Source: Vicugna vicugna (lineage: Eukaryota). From it: a DNA stretch of 64,000 nt. The translations under genes were made by a program, and so were the position numbers. The notes beneath the pieces were generated by a model. That model was not told the origin of the DNA and made no database searches. It was given only the letters and a program-made list of their open reading frames with translations. The DNA lies in contig MU058463.1 in assembly GCA_013265495.1 (NCBI GenBank), forward strand, positions 2,255,523 through 2,319,522, in the 5' to 3' direction. Below are positions 24,550-36,813 of this stretch, piece by piece. Each line of letters opens with the position of its first letter. The stretch's first letter is position 1.

Positions 24550-25800
24550 AGTTTCCTACTATAATTCCTTACCTATCTCCATTTCATTCCCCAGATGAAA
24601 TTCCTTTCAATGCTTATGCTTTTTTTTCTGGTATTTACCTTCATTTTTCTAAATACTCCGCTTATACTGATATGTCCTGTTTATCAATTTCAAATTTGTT
24701 TTCAATATCCTGTTATGATAAATGAGGATTTTCATCTCTTATACCACCAATCCCACTTTCCTTACAGCTGTCACTCTCCCAAGATAGTTAAACCACAATT
24801 TTTAGTTAAATCGATATTCACTGTTTACATTATCATGTTGCCACTTCAGATTCACGTTCTTTCTTGTAAAACCCTGTTGTTCCTAGCATTAATAATTTCC
24901 ACATTTTGTCATTTCTTAACATTAATAGCTCCCTGTTTTCTCAATTTCCTCAAGAAGTTTTTACACATGCTCCATCGTCTCTCTCAATGTCAGTATTTTT
25001 CAAGAGCTCAAACATGTCAGATAATCTATCAATTCTGTTTTTCTCCAGGAGGCCCCCCCATCCTCTTGCTCCAGTCTTGATTTACTGTTGGGCTCGTTGC
25101 ACTGCTGTCATTTAGGGTGTCCTTTTGCTGTTACTCTATTCGCTAGCTCCTTTCCCTCCTGCTTGTGTTGGATTCTTTTCTTGCTGTAGCCCCTGAAGTT
25201 TGCTGCTCTGGATACTCTCTCATCTGTTGAAATATATTCTCCATTAGTCTCCTATAAAAGTTATACGTTTGAATTCTCATGTGTCTGCAGATATTTTTAT
25301 CTACCCTCAGACTTAACTATTAATTTGTCTGGGTCAAAAAATCATTGAACAATGGCTTCATCGTCGTTTAGGATGTTGAATAGCTGCTGAAGCTGTGTGA
25401 TTCAAATTCCCTTGCATGTGAACTAACTTTAAAGACACTTTCAAGATTCCTTCACCCCTGATGTTCTGAAATTTCATGACGATATGCCTTGGTTTGGATC
25501 TTCATTTGTGCTGCTGACATTCAATGGGGTTCTTTCTATCTGAAGACTCATGGCCTAAATTTCAGGAAATTGCCTTGTTTTCTTTTTCTAAAACTCATCT
25601 TTCTCTAGATGTTCTCCTAGATTGATCCTAACAATCTATTACATTTTCTATACCAAAGTCTTTTTTCTTTGTTCCTCTGTCGCATTTTTCTGGGAGATTT
25701 TCTTTATTTATCTTTCATCTCTTCTATCAATGATTTTATCTATCCTGTTGTTCTAAGAACTCTTCTTTACCACTCTTCATTTCATGCTTTTTTTGTTACT
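24550..25800 (-). mobile_element. Highly decayed L1M/HAL1-type remnant
   Basis: T-rich L1-antisense texture, e.g. TGATGTTCTGAAATTTCATGACGATATGCCTTGGT; source of spurious ORF 24595-25080. Confidence 0.5.
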
Positions 25801-26774
25801 CAGGGATACTATATCTTGGGGGAGGTTAGGCCTGCACCAGGATATTAGTTTTTGGGTATCAGGTCAGGAAAAGCCCTCCTGGGAGAGATATAGAAACTTA
25901 TACGCTACCACGCTTTCTAACATCACCAGGAATGATGTAGGATCACACTTCTCACTTCTCAAAGTAGCTTCAGGACTGCCCTTGTTTAGTCTATGGGACA
26001 ATATTTTTTGAATTCAGATGCAACTCAAATGTGTGGATTAGGTAACAGTAAGCATTAGATAATCTAATGGATGAAGAATGATTTCTAACAAAATAAGACT
26101 ACCTTCTTATTTTGAGCTTACTGTATTGAGCTCCCACCAAAAGGTCAGTTTAAATTTCATTTTGTCTTCTAACTTTCTGGCTACAAGATTCCTTAGGTTC
26201 AGAAGTAACTCCCAGAACCTCAGAGATGATAGATATTTGTTCAGCTTTCTATTTTGATATTATGCAGGATGATAACTGAGGTCCAGAAACTTCATCAGAC
26301 AGAATGATTTCCCTCGGTGTTTTTCTTGTTTATGACTCTTTCTCTTAATTGGGCTAAACTTAACACTTTGTAGTTCTCTCAGTTTTTTTAGTTTTTAGGT
26401 CTTCCTTTTTAAAAGACCAATCTAGTAGCCAAAAACCTATGCACCTTACCTAGCTGTCAAATTAATCTCAGATTTCTCTCTCTCTCTCTCTCTCTTTTGT
26501 TTCCCCACGAAATGATCCAACTGTTTTAACTTCCTTTTAGGAAGTTCTACAACAGTTTGGGTGGGGATAAACATTGCAGCCTCACCCTTCTCTCCAGCTG
26601 GTTAGCCAACATTTTTATATAGGTGGAATTGCATTCAGTGTGAAGAGAGGGGCAAGTGGAATGTTGTTTAAGAATAATAAGGGAGAAGCAGTCCAACCCT
26701 TCCCTTTGAAGGCAATGCAGCCTGGCAGGTACTGATTATACAGACACTGATTTCAGACCTGTCTCTAGCAGTGG

Positions 26775-26945
26775 CTGAGCCACTTCCTCTCTGAAAAACA
26801 GAGTGGCAGCCCTGAGTCACCACCTTGCTGTTGCTAAGTGCTTATTTGCTAAGTAGTAACACACTCCGCCCCCACCTCCCCACACACAGAGTTCTGGGGA
26901 ATTGCCCCAATTTCCAGCTCTGCTGAGGTGGTTTGTGACTCATCC
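26775..26945. promoter_or_regulatory. Candidate inducible enhancer (ETS, 2x AP-1, KLF/SP, kB-like, NFAT)
   Basis: ACTTCCTC 26782-26789, TGAGTCA 26813-26819, CTCCGCCCCC 26864-26873, GGGGAATTGCCCC 26896-26908, AATTTCC 26909-26915, TGACTCA 26936-26942; apparently non-repetitive DNA. Confidence 0.5.
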
Positions 26946-28269
26946 TCTTTTCTCTTTAGTGACCTTTTAAAGCGACAGGAATAACCCCTATTTTAATGTT
27001 ATTCTTTTGATCATTTCCCTTACAGGCCTCTTCTTATTTATTTGAACACAAGCTATAATGAAGTCTAAAATTAATAACTTTGTTTTGCATATCATTTATA
27101 TAAAATTGGCTTTCTATTCTGCTTCCTAGTTAAAATATTTTCTTTCCATTGGGGGAAAAAAGTCCAGGAGGGTCTTGTTTCCTTTGGGACAGTTGACTAC
27201 ATTTCCCATTAAACATTATCAGTAATTGTCCACTGCAACCCTGGGCGTTCTATTTAGGATCTGTTTGTTCATAGCTTTACATACAATACCATCTTGTCTA
27301 GGATGACAAGACTTACCCGCGCAAGCAAAATCGCAGCACCCGATCTTTGCATTATGCTGCAGTGTCAAGCGATTTTTTAAAAAAAATCTTAAGTCCCTCC
27401 TCATCTTTGTTTCTTTGTTTTATTTTATTATGTTTTGAAAGTGTTGTCATAACTAAATATCCTCCCCCTTTTGGAATTGACAATCTCCTTGACAATATTT
27501 TATGTTAAGAGTTTGTGGCATGCTTATTAGCAATTTAACCTCCCGTAGGGTGGAGAAACCTTCGTGGATGGGCTACAGAAGACATGTCTTTGTGTATGTA
27601 CTTAACTCCTATCACAAGCCCTAGAACCAACTGGATTAGAGAATTTTAAGCAGCCCAACTTTGTTGGAACATAAGGTGTGAAGGTGGGAATGGCAGGAGA
27701 TGATGTAAGAGAGATAGTGTTAAAGAGCTTAAATTTTGTTATTTTGGAGTTTGTCTTAGGTCTGGAGAGAAAGGCTGGGCATGATCTAATTTTAGGAAGC
27801 CTAAAATCTAATTTAGATCAATTCTCCTAGATTTAAGAAACTATATTTCCCCTGAAAATTAAGAGAAAGAAGTATAAGGCTCCTATATAGTTCAAGAGAG
27901 TTTAAAACTCCAGAAATACATTTCTCACCGTACAATTCAAATGGTACTAGTAATAGCACTAGTATTGAGTATTGGTTTAGTACATGTGTGAGTGAGTGAA
28001 TGGGGAGATATAAAAAAAAAAGCGATTCACACTGAATATTTTGGCAACCTCACATTTAAATGTATATATATATATTTCTTTTTGTACATAACATTTTTAT
28101 ATATAAATTTATGTGAATACATGTGACATCGCACACACACACATACACACATGCATGTGCGTTTGTCTACGTAGTAGAAATACAAAGCATATAATGATGG
28201 ACAGTGTCAAAGGGTAGCAACATGCCTACAGAATAAACTGGAATTATTTTTTAAATACCATACATAGCA

Positions 28270-28475
28270 AGCTGTTTCTTTTTTCCCTTTCTGCTTTTTT
28301 CCCTTCCTCCCCACTTCTCTTCCCTTCTCTCTTCTTTTTCTGTTAAATTTGACAGGAAGAAAGAAAGAAAAAAGAGAGGGAGGAAGGAAGGAAGGGAGGG
28401 AGGGGAGGAGGAGGAGAGAAAGACAGAGAGAGAGAAAGGAAAGAAGGAAAGAAGAAAGAGAAAGAGAGGAGAAGA
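28270..28475. repeat. Pyrimidine tract followed by purine tract (low complexity)
   Basis: CT-rich ~28275-28340, then GA-rich ~28355-28475. Confidence 0.85.
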
Positions 28476-30629
28476 CCAAGTGCCAGCTCAGGGGGCTGGC
28501 ACCTGCCTGTGGCGGGTCCCAGCCAGGCTGCCACGCCTCGTGCATGCTTGCAGATGGCTCATTGTTGCATAGTGCTGATGAGACGTGATCGCAGTGCCAC
28601 TGTACATGAATAAACCCTAGTCATTTTTATATAACCTATAGACCAAGTAGCACGACTGTGTCTATGACACAGTGAAAAAAGAAAAAAGAAAAAAACAACG
28701 GTGGCTAGACCCTGGATGCACGTAATATAGTTTGCTTAAGACAGTTTTAGAAACCATGTAATTTAATTATTCTGGAGTTTCTGGTGAACATTATTTAAGT
28801 AAAAGGAGCAGCAGCATATTTACATTTCATGAGTCTGGAATGTATTCACTTTGGGAGAAGGGCCCTATTTAAGACAAAATAAACACTGACAAATTCAAAA
28901 TTTCTATGGTTTCCCCCAAGGTCTTGGGAAAGGCTCATTCAAGCAAGGGACCTTAAAGCTTAAGTTTTAATCTGCCGTTGCTCCAATGGGGGCTTTGTCT
29001 GATGTATCAGGACCTTATCCTGGACAATCACAAAACCACTTCTACCACCCAAACATACGTACTTTGCAGGACTCAAGAAGCTATATTCTCTGCCCACTTG
29101 AGCCAAAAGACATGGAAAATTGATTTTAATGACAATTTCCTCAATTCTCCCAAAGTTGTCACATAACTAGTTCCCCTCTAGATGCACAGGAAAGCAGTTA
29201 ATTCATTGCATACAGTGGACGCCTTAGTGCAATATGGCCTAATTCTCTTACGGAACTAGTTGAGAAAGACAACCCTAGCTTCATACACTCTGTTATTCTT
29301 CGCAGGAAGAATGTATCACTGGAAGTTACACAATAAAATGTGTAAGATATATGTGTCAGAGTGTGCATCTTTAAAGCCAGTTTCTACAAGACTGAGTCAT
29401 CACTTTAGACTATTATCCCAGAAGTTGGGCTTACTCAGAGTGGACACATATAGGTAGATATGATCCTCTGGTTATTATCAGAGGAGTAAAATACCTCATT
29501 AGAGCCAAGAGGCCAAGATGAGGTCATAAACAGGAAGTGAGGAAAAGCATCAGGAACCACGATGGTCAGAAAGAGGTATCAAGCCTAAACATGAAGGAAA
29601 TATTGTAACCTAGTTTGTAACTGGAGCTACCCACATGATACAAATACAAGCTTGACAGGATGGGTCCAAATTGAGAACCAGTGGTGTGCTAATGATACAA
29701 AGAAAGTGCACATCTCATTTCCTATGCTCTACTACTATTTTCTCTCAGGGAGAACAAATTTTTGGTGGACAATCATGAAATGAATATTAGCCAAAAAATT
29801 TCTAGTTATAGAAACCTATAATTAAAGAAGAGGTGGCATAGAACATGTCAATAAATTACATAATATGAAGTCCCTCAATTTGGGTAAGTTCCATCTGTTG
29901 TGGGATATAAAGTATAGTTGCATATTAGTTATGCCTATGGAGAGATGGCATCTAAGAAGGATTCTCAGAAAAGAAAGTGCTTGAGATGAATCTCAGGGAT
30001 GAACAGAACATGGCAGGTGGTCATGGTAGAGCAAGAAAGGCAATGTAGTGTGAACAAGTGATGCTTGACGGGCTGTGAAAGATGGCTGCAGAGCAAGAAT
30101 AAAATAAAGATTACGTGACATTCAGAAAAGATAAGATCATTCCACAAATGGCTAAGATGGTGCCCAAGGGGAATTCTAAATTGAATTACTGAAGAATCCT
30201 TTTAGTTTCCAGCATGGATTAATTTGAAAAGAACAACACATCCTAAACTCATCTCTCCAGGTCCCATACATGCCATTCATGACTGTGTGCTTGAAGAGGG
30301 GGAGCAGGGAAGGAGAACAGAAGCACTGTCTGAGGAAATGCAGTGAAAGTTAGCAAAAAATAACCCTGGGGATTAAGGCAGGCAATGGGGAAGGCTATGG
30401 CAATAGGAGATGTTAAGGCCAGATGACTGAGGGAAGAAAAAGGAAAAAAAAAAACGTGCCAAGTTTCAAAAATGTCAGAAAAAGATTTCCAAGAATTGAA
30501 GGCAGAATATGGAACCAAAAATATAAATCTCAGGATAATAATAGCAAATGCAAACAGTTTGGGATTAAGCTGGAGGAAAGGGAGAGAAAAAGAAGACAGA
30601 GGACGTAAGTCCTGAGTGGTTGCCTAAAA

Positions 30630-30803
30630 CATTTGTTCTTAAAGTGTGAAGCACCGGATGAGCATCCCATGACAATTTGTTAGAAATGCAGGTTCCCAGG
30701 CCCTGCCCCAGATCTACTGAATCAGAAACTCTGGGATCTAGCCATCTGTGTTTTAACAAGCCCACCAGGTGTTTCTGGCACAACTAAAGTTTGAGAACTG
30801 TCT
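30630..30803. mobile_element. MER5A hAT-Charlie MITE
   Basis: TTGTTAGAAATGCAG...CCCAGATCTACTGAATCAGAAACTCTGGG...TTTTAACAAGCCC...AAGTTTGAGAAC. Confidence 0.85.
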
Positions 30804-31442
30804 CCCTAGAATATCAGCTAGATTTTGAAACTTGCTTTAATTGGAGTAGGGATCTCAGTCTAACTCCAAGGGCCAGATTCTGTCTTGATTGCTATATGTT
30901 AAAGGTTTTTTTTTTTTAATATAAAATAAAGCTATCCCAAATTTTTGCATTACATTTAGATTGCAGGGATCAGTCACAAATTGTTTTGTTAAAAGATCTG
31001 CTGCAGAATAGGCTGTCATTGTTTTTCCTAACCAACTGAGAGTTATAATGAGCTTTATATAGCTCTGAAAATAAAAGACCTAAAAAGAGAAAACTTAGTG
31101 AACTTGCTGCTTGTTCATTTGGACCAACTGATAAAATTTATGAACCATCATCAATTTTCAGTCTAGCTATTATATCATGACTTCAGGCAATTATTTACAA
31201 CAAAACTTCATAAAACCTTAACACTCACTCAAGCAGAAAGGTTTCTATTGTGTACACCATAATAGATAAAATCAGGTTCCATAGCACATCCTCTTCTTTT
31301 TGGGGACAGGAGCTTAGAGAACAGAAAGTACGCTATAAAGCAAAATGTAATCTGATTTAGGACATTTATTCCTAGCCTAGTATATCCAACGAGCAAAAGG
31401 CAATTTACTTGATTAAAAAGGAAATAATTTTCTTCTCAAAGG

Positions 31443-33480
31443 GTTTATGAGTCAGGGTCCAGTCAGGAGGCAGAAATCACACCAGTAATTTGAACAGGAA
31501 GAGTCCAATATAAAGAATTGTTAGATGGTAGATGGTCATCTACCAAAATGAACATAAAGAGCCCAGAAATGTCAGGTGTGAAAAAACAGCTATTGTCTGT
31601 AGGCTATGAAAACAGACAATAAAGGAATTAACTATCAGGAGAAGGAAGCCACCCCATCTCCTTCATCACTCTACCCTCCCTGAGATTTCTGTTTCTTCAG
31701 AGAGGAAGCAGCTCCCATAGTAACACACAGCCTGCGGGTGGCCCAAGAAGTTACTAGAATGTAGGAGGGCGCTGGTCTGTAAAAGAGGCCCCACATTGCT
31801 GGAGCTGGTCTCAGGAAGTGATACCCCACTGCCAAAAGGTATAGGCAGGCCCGAGCTGCTCAGTCCTCTGGTAGGGAGATCATGGCCTCAGGGTATGACT
31901 GGAGCTCCTCTGAACTGGAGGCTGCTAATCTCCTGCCCTGAATAATAATATCTAAGAACTGGAATCTGGAAGGGAAGTGTCTTCCTGAGGCTTTTGCCTG
32001 GAGGATCACATGAGTTTCCCCGACTAGCAAAGTCCAATACTCCCTTAATGGGTGAAGGAGAAACGTTTAGACTCAGCTGCAGGATCACAAAACAGGGCCA
32101 CTGAATGGTGGATTTGGAGCTGAAAGACAATGAATTGATAACTGTACACCCCGTCATCTGGCTACTCAGTGTCCATATACACTTTTCGACACACTTTTAA
32201 ACTTCCACTCAACAATGAAAACAACTCAAGTTTTCCACTCAACAAGAAACAGCTACACTTCATGCACGTGAAGTCTCACCCTTCTCCTGGAATGTGGGGA
32301 CACACATTTCTGAGGGTTATTGTAATGCAATCATAGTCCCACTGAATATTCCGTTATCTAAAGGCTAAATTAAGAATTTTGCCTTCAAAAACATGTATAT
32401 ACTTGCAGACATAGTAAACAATCTTATGGTTACTGGGGCAAAGGGGGTGGGAAGGGATAAATTTGGGAGTTTGAGATTTACAAATGTTAACCAATATATA
32501 CAAACATAGTTAAAAAAACAAATTTCTTCTGTATAACACAGGGAACTATATTCAATATCTTGTAATAATCTTTAATGAAAAAGAATATGAAAACAAAAAA
32601 ATCCCATGTATAAAATAATAAATGAAAGAGAGAGAAGAAAATCACGAATACATAAATAAATGTATAACACGACAAGCAAATAGAAAATTTGCAAAGCTAC
32701 TATAGTCCTTGCTTCTGTAACTGGCCATGAAGCTGTAGTTGGTATCTATGACTTCTGTCTTCTACTATCCTTTCCATGTTTCCCTTGCTCTCAGGAAAAA
32801 TAATCAGCTATTGGGGCTCTTTTCTGGTAGAATGATCCAAAACTTAATTCCTAAAGAGTCTATATTCTCCATACTCTTATCTATTTATTCATTTATTTGG
32901 TTGCTAAGTTTTCAGTTAACCTTAGAACATGAAAGTACTAAGAGGTAGCTCAGAGATTCTTGGATTCCAGACACAATACTCTTTGCCTCTATGTGTGGTA
33001 GCAACTCAATTTCCCCTTATTGGATGGGTGACTGGGATCAGGTATACCAGCCAGGAGAATAACTTGTTTTATTTTTTTCCTGTTGATTTAGTGGTATAAG
33101 AGCTTCAAATGACAAGATGACACTCTTATCTTCCAATTCAATAGAACCACTATTTTGTCTTCTGGTGGAAGCTTTCTCTCCTGAGAACTAAGACCTCCAA
33201 ACCAATGGAGCTCAAAACTGCTGGCACAGGAAGTAGATTCTCTAAGGGGGTTATTAGGCATGGTATTAAGAGAAGCTGCTCCTATTTCTACCCTTTGATT
33301 CCTACTACCATATATCAGGGGGTAGAGAGAATCATATAAGTCTGATTCAAAGCATATAACAAATTCTGTATTCAGACCCCATTTCCTCAGATTAGTTTCA
33401 CCCCCACCTAAATTGGAACTATAACTGAGTTTTTAGTAAGGCATTTACTAATCAATTAAGCCAACTGCTTCTAGGCTTCT
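31443..33480 (-). mobile_element. Decayed ERV-L provirus 3' part: integrase C-terminus, dUTPase, PPT and 3' LTR (~31443-32143)
   Basis: Minus strand gives YALNQ...NQRVEIGAASL..PNNPL..LLPVPAVLSSIGLEVLV..LPPEDKIVVLLNWKIR...VILLAGIPDP, matching ERV-L pol/dut with frameshifts. PPT-like GGGGTGTAC abuts the LTR at ~32144. Confidence 0.8.
32403..32600 (+). mobile_element. Lineage-specific L1 3'UTR fragment inserted into the ERV-L
   Basis: CAGACATAGTAAACAATCTTATGGTTAC...GGGATAAATTTGGGAGTTTGAGATTT...CACAGGGAACTATATTCAATATCTTGTAATAA. Confidence 0.8.
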
Positions 33481-33579
33481 GACTCCATACATTTTTCTAA
33501 AAGAGAAGACTTATATGTGTGTTTTTAGAGCAGATAGTGAAAATCACTTAGATCCAGTGTGGATTGAACCATAGTGGAA

Positions 33580-33935
33580 CATTTGACAAATGGATCATGA
33601 TATACTTATAAACCATTTAGGAATCTATGGGTTGAGTGGATGGCTTGGATTAGAAAATAGCTGAATATGCATTCCCAAAAGATTCACAGGTCAATGTCAC
33701 CTGAGAGGGACATGTCTAATGTATCAATGGAGAAAAGTGTTCTTGGCCCACTAATGTATCACACTCTGATAAATGTCATGGATCATGATATGATTGATGT
33801 TGAGGGCATACTCTTTAAATCTATAATGACATAAAATTAGAAGGGATATGGAATCAATTGAATGATTTAGGATATTAAATTAATTCCCAAATTTAAAGTC
33901 GAAATATTTTAACAAGATTAAATTTAATATAGAAT
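33580..33935 (+). mobile_element. L3/CR1 reverse-transcriptase remnant
   Basis: Degenerate CR1 RT motifs: WIRK.L, SVLGPL, then ..D(D)IKL.G and .FN equivalents. Confidence 0.55.
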
Positions 33936-33959
33936 CAATAATAATACTAATAAGCTCTT

Positions 33960-35640
33960 ATGGAATTAGACAACTTGATACTAAAGTTCATTTAAAAAAA
34001 AAAAAACACAGGCAAGAATAGCCAGGAAAATACTGAAAAAGGAAATACTACCAGGGAATTAGCCCTATCACATATTAAAACACAGTACATACAAATCTTC
34101 TATAATTAAAACTGGCACATGATTAGATAAATAGGCCAGTGGAATATAACAGGATAGCCAGGATTAGATCCACATTCTTACAGAAATTTAGTACATGACG
34201 AAGGCAATCATTCAAATCACTGGGTCAAAGGTGATTTTTTAGTACATGGTGCTGGGACAACTGGGTAACTATTTGTAGAAAGGTAAAATTAGATTCACAT
34301 CACACACCATATGCAAAATAAACTTCAAATGGATTAGGAATCTAAACCTAAATTTAAAAATTATACAAGTACTAATGGGAAAATGAGTGAATTCTTCATC
34401 CTTTGTGTAATGAAAGACTTTCTAATCATGACTTAAAATCCAGAATCAATAAGAAAATAATAAATTTGACTACATAAGAATTGTTAAAATTTTGCATGAC
34501 AAAAAACCCCATAAACAATGTATAGCTGACAAATTGGGAGGAATATTGATGATATATGACTGACAAAGGGCTAATAATATTAATATACAACTAATCTTAA
34601 AACTGAGGGACAATAGCTAAAGCAGTGCTTACTAGGACATTAATAGCATTAAATGTTTATATTTGAAAGGAAGAAAAGTCTCAAATCAATAATGTAAGTT
34701 TTAAATTTAGGAACTAGCAAAAGAAGAGAAAAATAAATCCAAAATAAGAATAATGAACGAAATAATAAATAGTAGAGCAGAAATCAGTCAAATTAAAAAC
34801 AGAAAAGCAATGGAAAAAAATCAATGAAACAAAAAGCTGGTTCTTTAGACAAAAAAGAAAAAAGAGTAAGATTGATAAATTTCTTGTAAGACTGACAGAA
34901 AAGAGAGTAAGTGGCTCAACTAATAATATCAGGAATACCAGAGGAGATATTACTACAGATCCTAGAGACAATAAAAGGACAAGAGGGAAATATGATAAAC
35001 TCTATGCGTATAAATTTAATAACCCTTATGCACACAAGATAAAAAGAACCAATTCTTTGAAAAAACAAGGCTACCAAAACATATTTCAGCTGAAATATGT
35101 AACTTGAATACTCAAGAAATTGAATTAATAGTTTAAAGCCTTCTGAAAAAGAAATATCCAGCCCAGATTGTTTAATTAGAGAATTCTACTAAACATTTTA
35201 AGAAGAAATAAAAGTAATTCTATAAAATTTCTTCCAGAAAATAGAAGAGAACATTTTCTAATTCATTTCATGAAGCCAAATCCAAAGACATCATAAGAAA
35301 ACTACAGACTCATACCTTCAAGAATACAGACAATAAATTTTCAACAAAATATAACAAATAAGATCCAACAACATAAACAGAATAATACATCACAACCAAG
35401 TGGAGTTTATCCCAGGAATGCAAGGCTGGTTGGTTCAATATCAGAAATTCAACATATTAGCAATCTAAAGAAAAACACAACATGACAATTACTAATTGAT
35501 GCATAAAAAGCATTTTACAAAATTCAACATCTATTCATTATAAAAATTCTTGACAGATTAGAATAGATAAGAACTTCCTCAACCTGATTAAGGGCATCAA
35601 CAAAAAGCCTATCGCTAGCCTTTATGTTAAACAGCTTCAA
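33960..35640 (+). mobile_element. Two adjacent L1 ORF2 fragments (33960-34610 and 34612-35640)
   Basis: GCAAGAATAGCCAGGAAAATACTG; AATCAATGAAACAAAAAGCTGGTTCTTT; TTTATCCCAGGAATGCAAGGCTGGTT (FIPGMQGW); many stops and frameshifts. Confidence 0.85.
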
Positions 35641-36440
35641 TTCAGTATCATACATACATATATATAGCCAAAGGCAAGATATCCATATTTTATAAAGTTG
35701 ATATAAAGGCTTTTTCCAATCGGTGATGTGTATCATATATTTGCATATATAATATACAGAAATCTTTCCATTCTTTTCGTTTTCCTAAGATAATATTACA
35801 TTATCTTCTGATGATTCTCAAACTATTTTGGTTTTTAAAAAAAGCTAGAATTCCAAAATGTAGTTTGTTCTAACTTTTTATCTTTTACAAGGCAGAAGTT
35901 TCTCATATAAATAAAATGGCTTTAATTATAATTAGAACAAAGAAAAACAGTCTTGCTGACAAACACCTCCAGGTTTTTCCTCATTTATGTTACAATCAAA
36001 GCAATTTTTTAATTTAGTTGTGTTGTGAAAAGGCAATATAATTATCTTACTTGTTTATGAAACATAGCACATGATGATATATTGCAATTCCAAATCCCTG
36101 CTTCAAACATTGTTAAATGTTCCCTTTATGAAGAGGATACCAATGAAAAGGCCCAGATTTATTTTAATCAGAGAGTTCTATATTCTATTTATATGGAGAA
36201 TATGAGAAATGAAAGCTTAATTTGTCTCATCAGCTTCATTAATATTTGCTTCTGCTCAGGTGGAATGTTAACGTAGCATATGAAAACTACTAAATTCTAA
36301 CTAGTATACATAATTTTCCAAACAAATGGCTAGAAAAAGAATTATTTTATAATTCATAACTCATTTTAAAACGTTAAGTATTTATTTTTGTTTTCTTTTA
36401 GTTATATAAACCTGAGTTATAAATTTATGAGATAAAGGAA

Positions 36441-36813
36441 TATTTGAACTGGACTGTGTCCCCCTCAAATCTCTAACCTCCAGGACCTTAGAATGTGACT
36501 ATATTTGGAGACAGTGCCTTTAAAGAGGTGATTAAGATACAATGAGGTCATATGGGTGGGCACTGATCCAAGATGACTGGTGTCCTTATAAGAGAGTAGG
36601 ACACAGACATACACACTAACAGAGAAAAGACCATATGACAACACAGTGGGAAGGTGGATGTCTGCAAGTCAAGGAGAGAGGCCTCAGAAGGAAACAAACT
36701 TGCTGACATCTTGTTCTGGGACTTCTAGCCTCCAGAACTGTGAGAAATAAATTTCAGTGGTTTAAGCCAGCCAGTCTATGTTACTTTGTTATAACAGCCC
36801 TTGTAAATGAACA
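36441..36813 (+). mobile_element. MaLR LTR (MLT1A/B-like)
   Basis: GAATGTGACTATATTTGGAGACAG...GACTGGTGTCCTTATAAGAG...CTAGCCTCCAGAACTGTGAGAAATAAATTT. Confidence 0.85.

Noticed and set aside
24595..25080. 161-aa hydrophobic ORF as a membrane protein
   Set aside because: T-rich antisense L1-type remnant yields F/L/I-rich translations; no recognisable domain or gene context.
28575..28615. Hammerhead ribozyme core or C/D snoRNA box (CTGATGAG)
   Set aside because: No stem II followed by GAAA and no terminal stem with a D box; other CTGATGA hits (~14010, ~21189, ~58850) fail in the same way.
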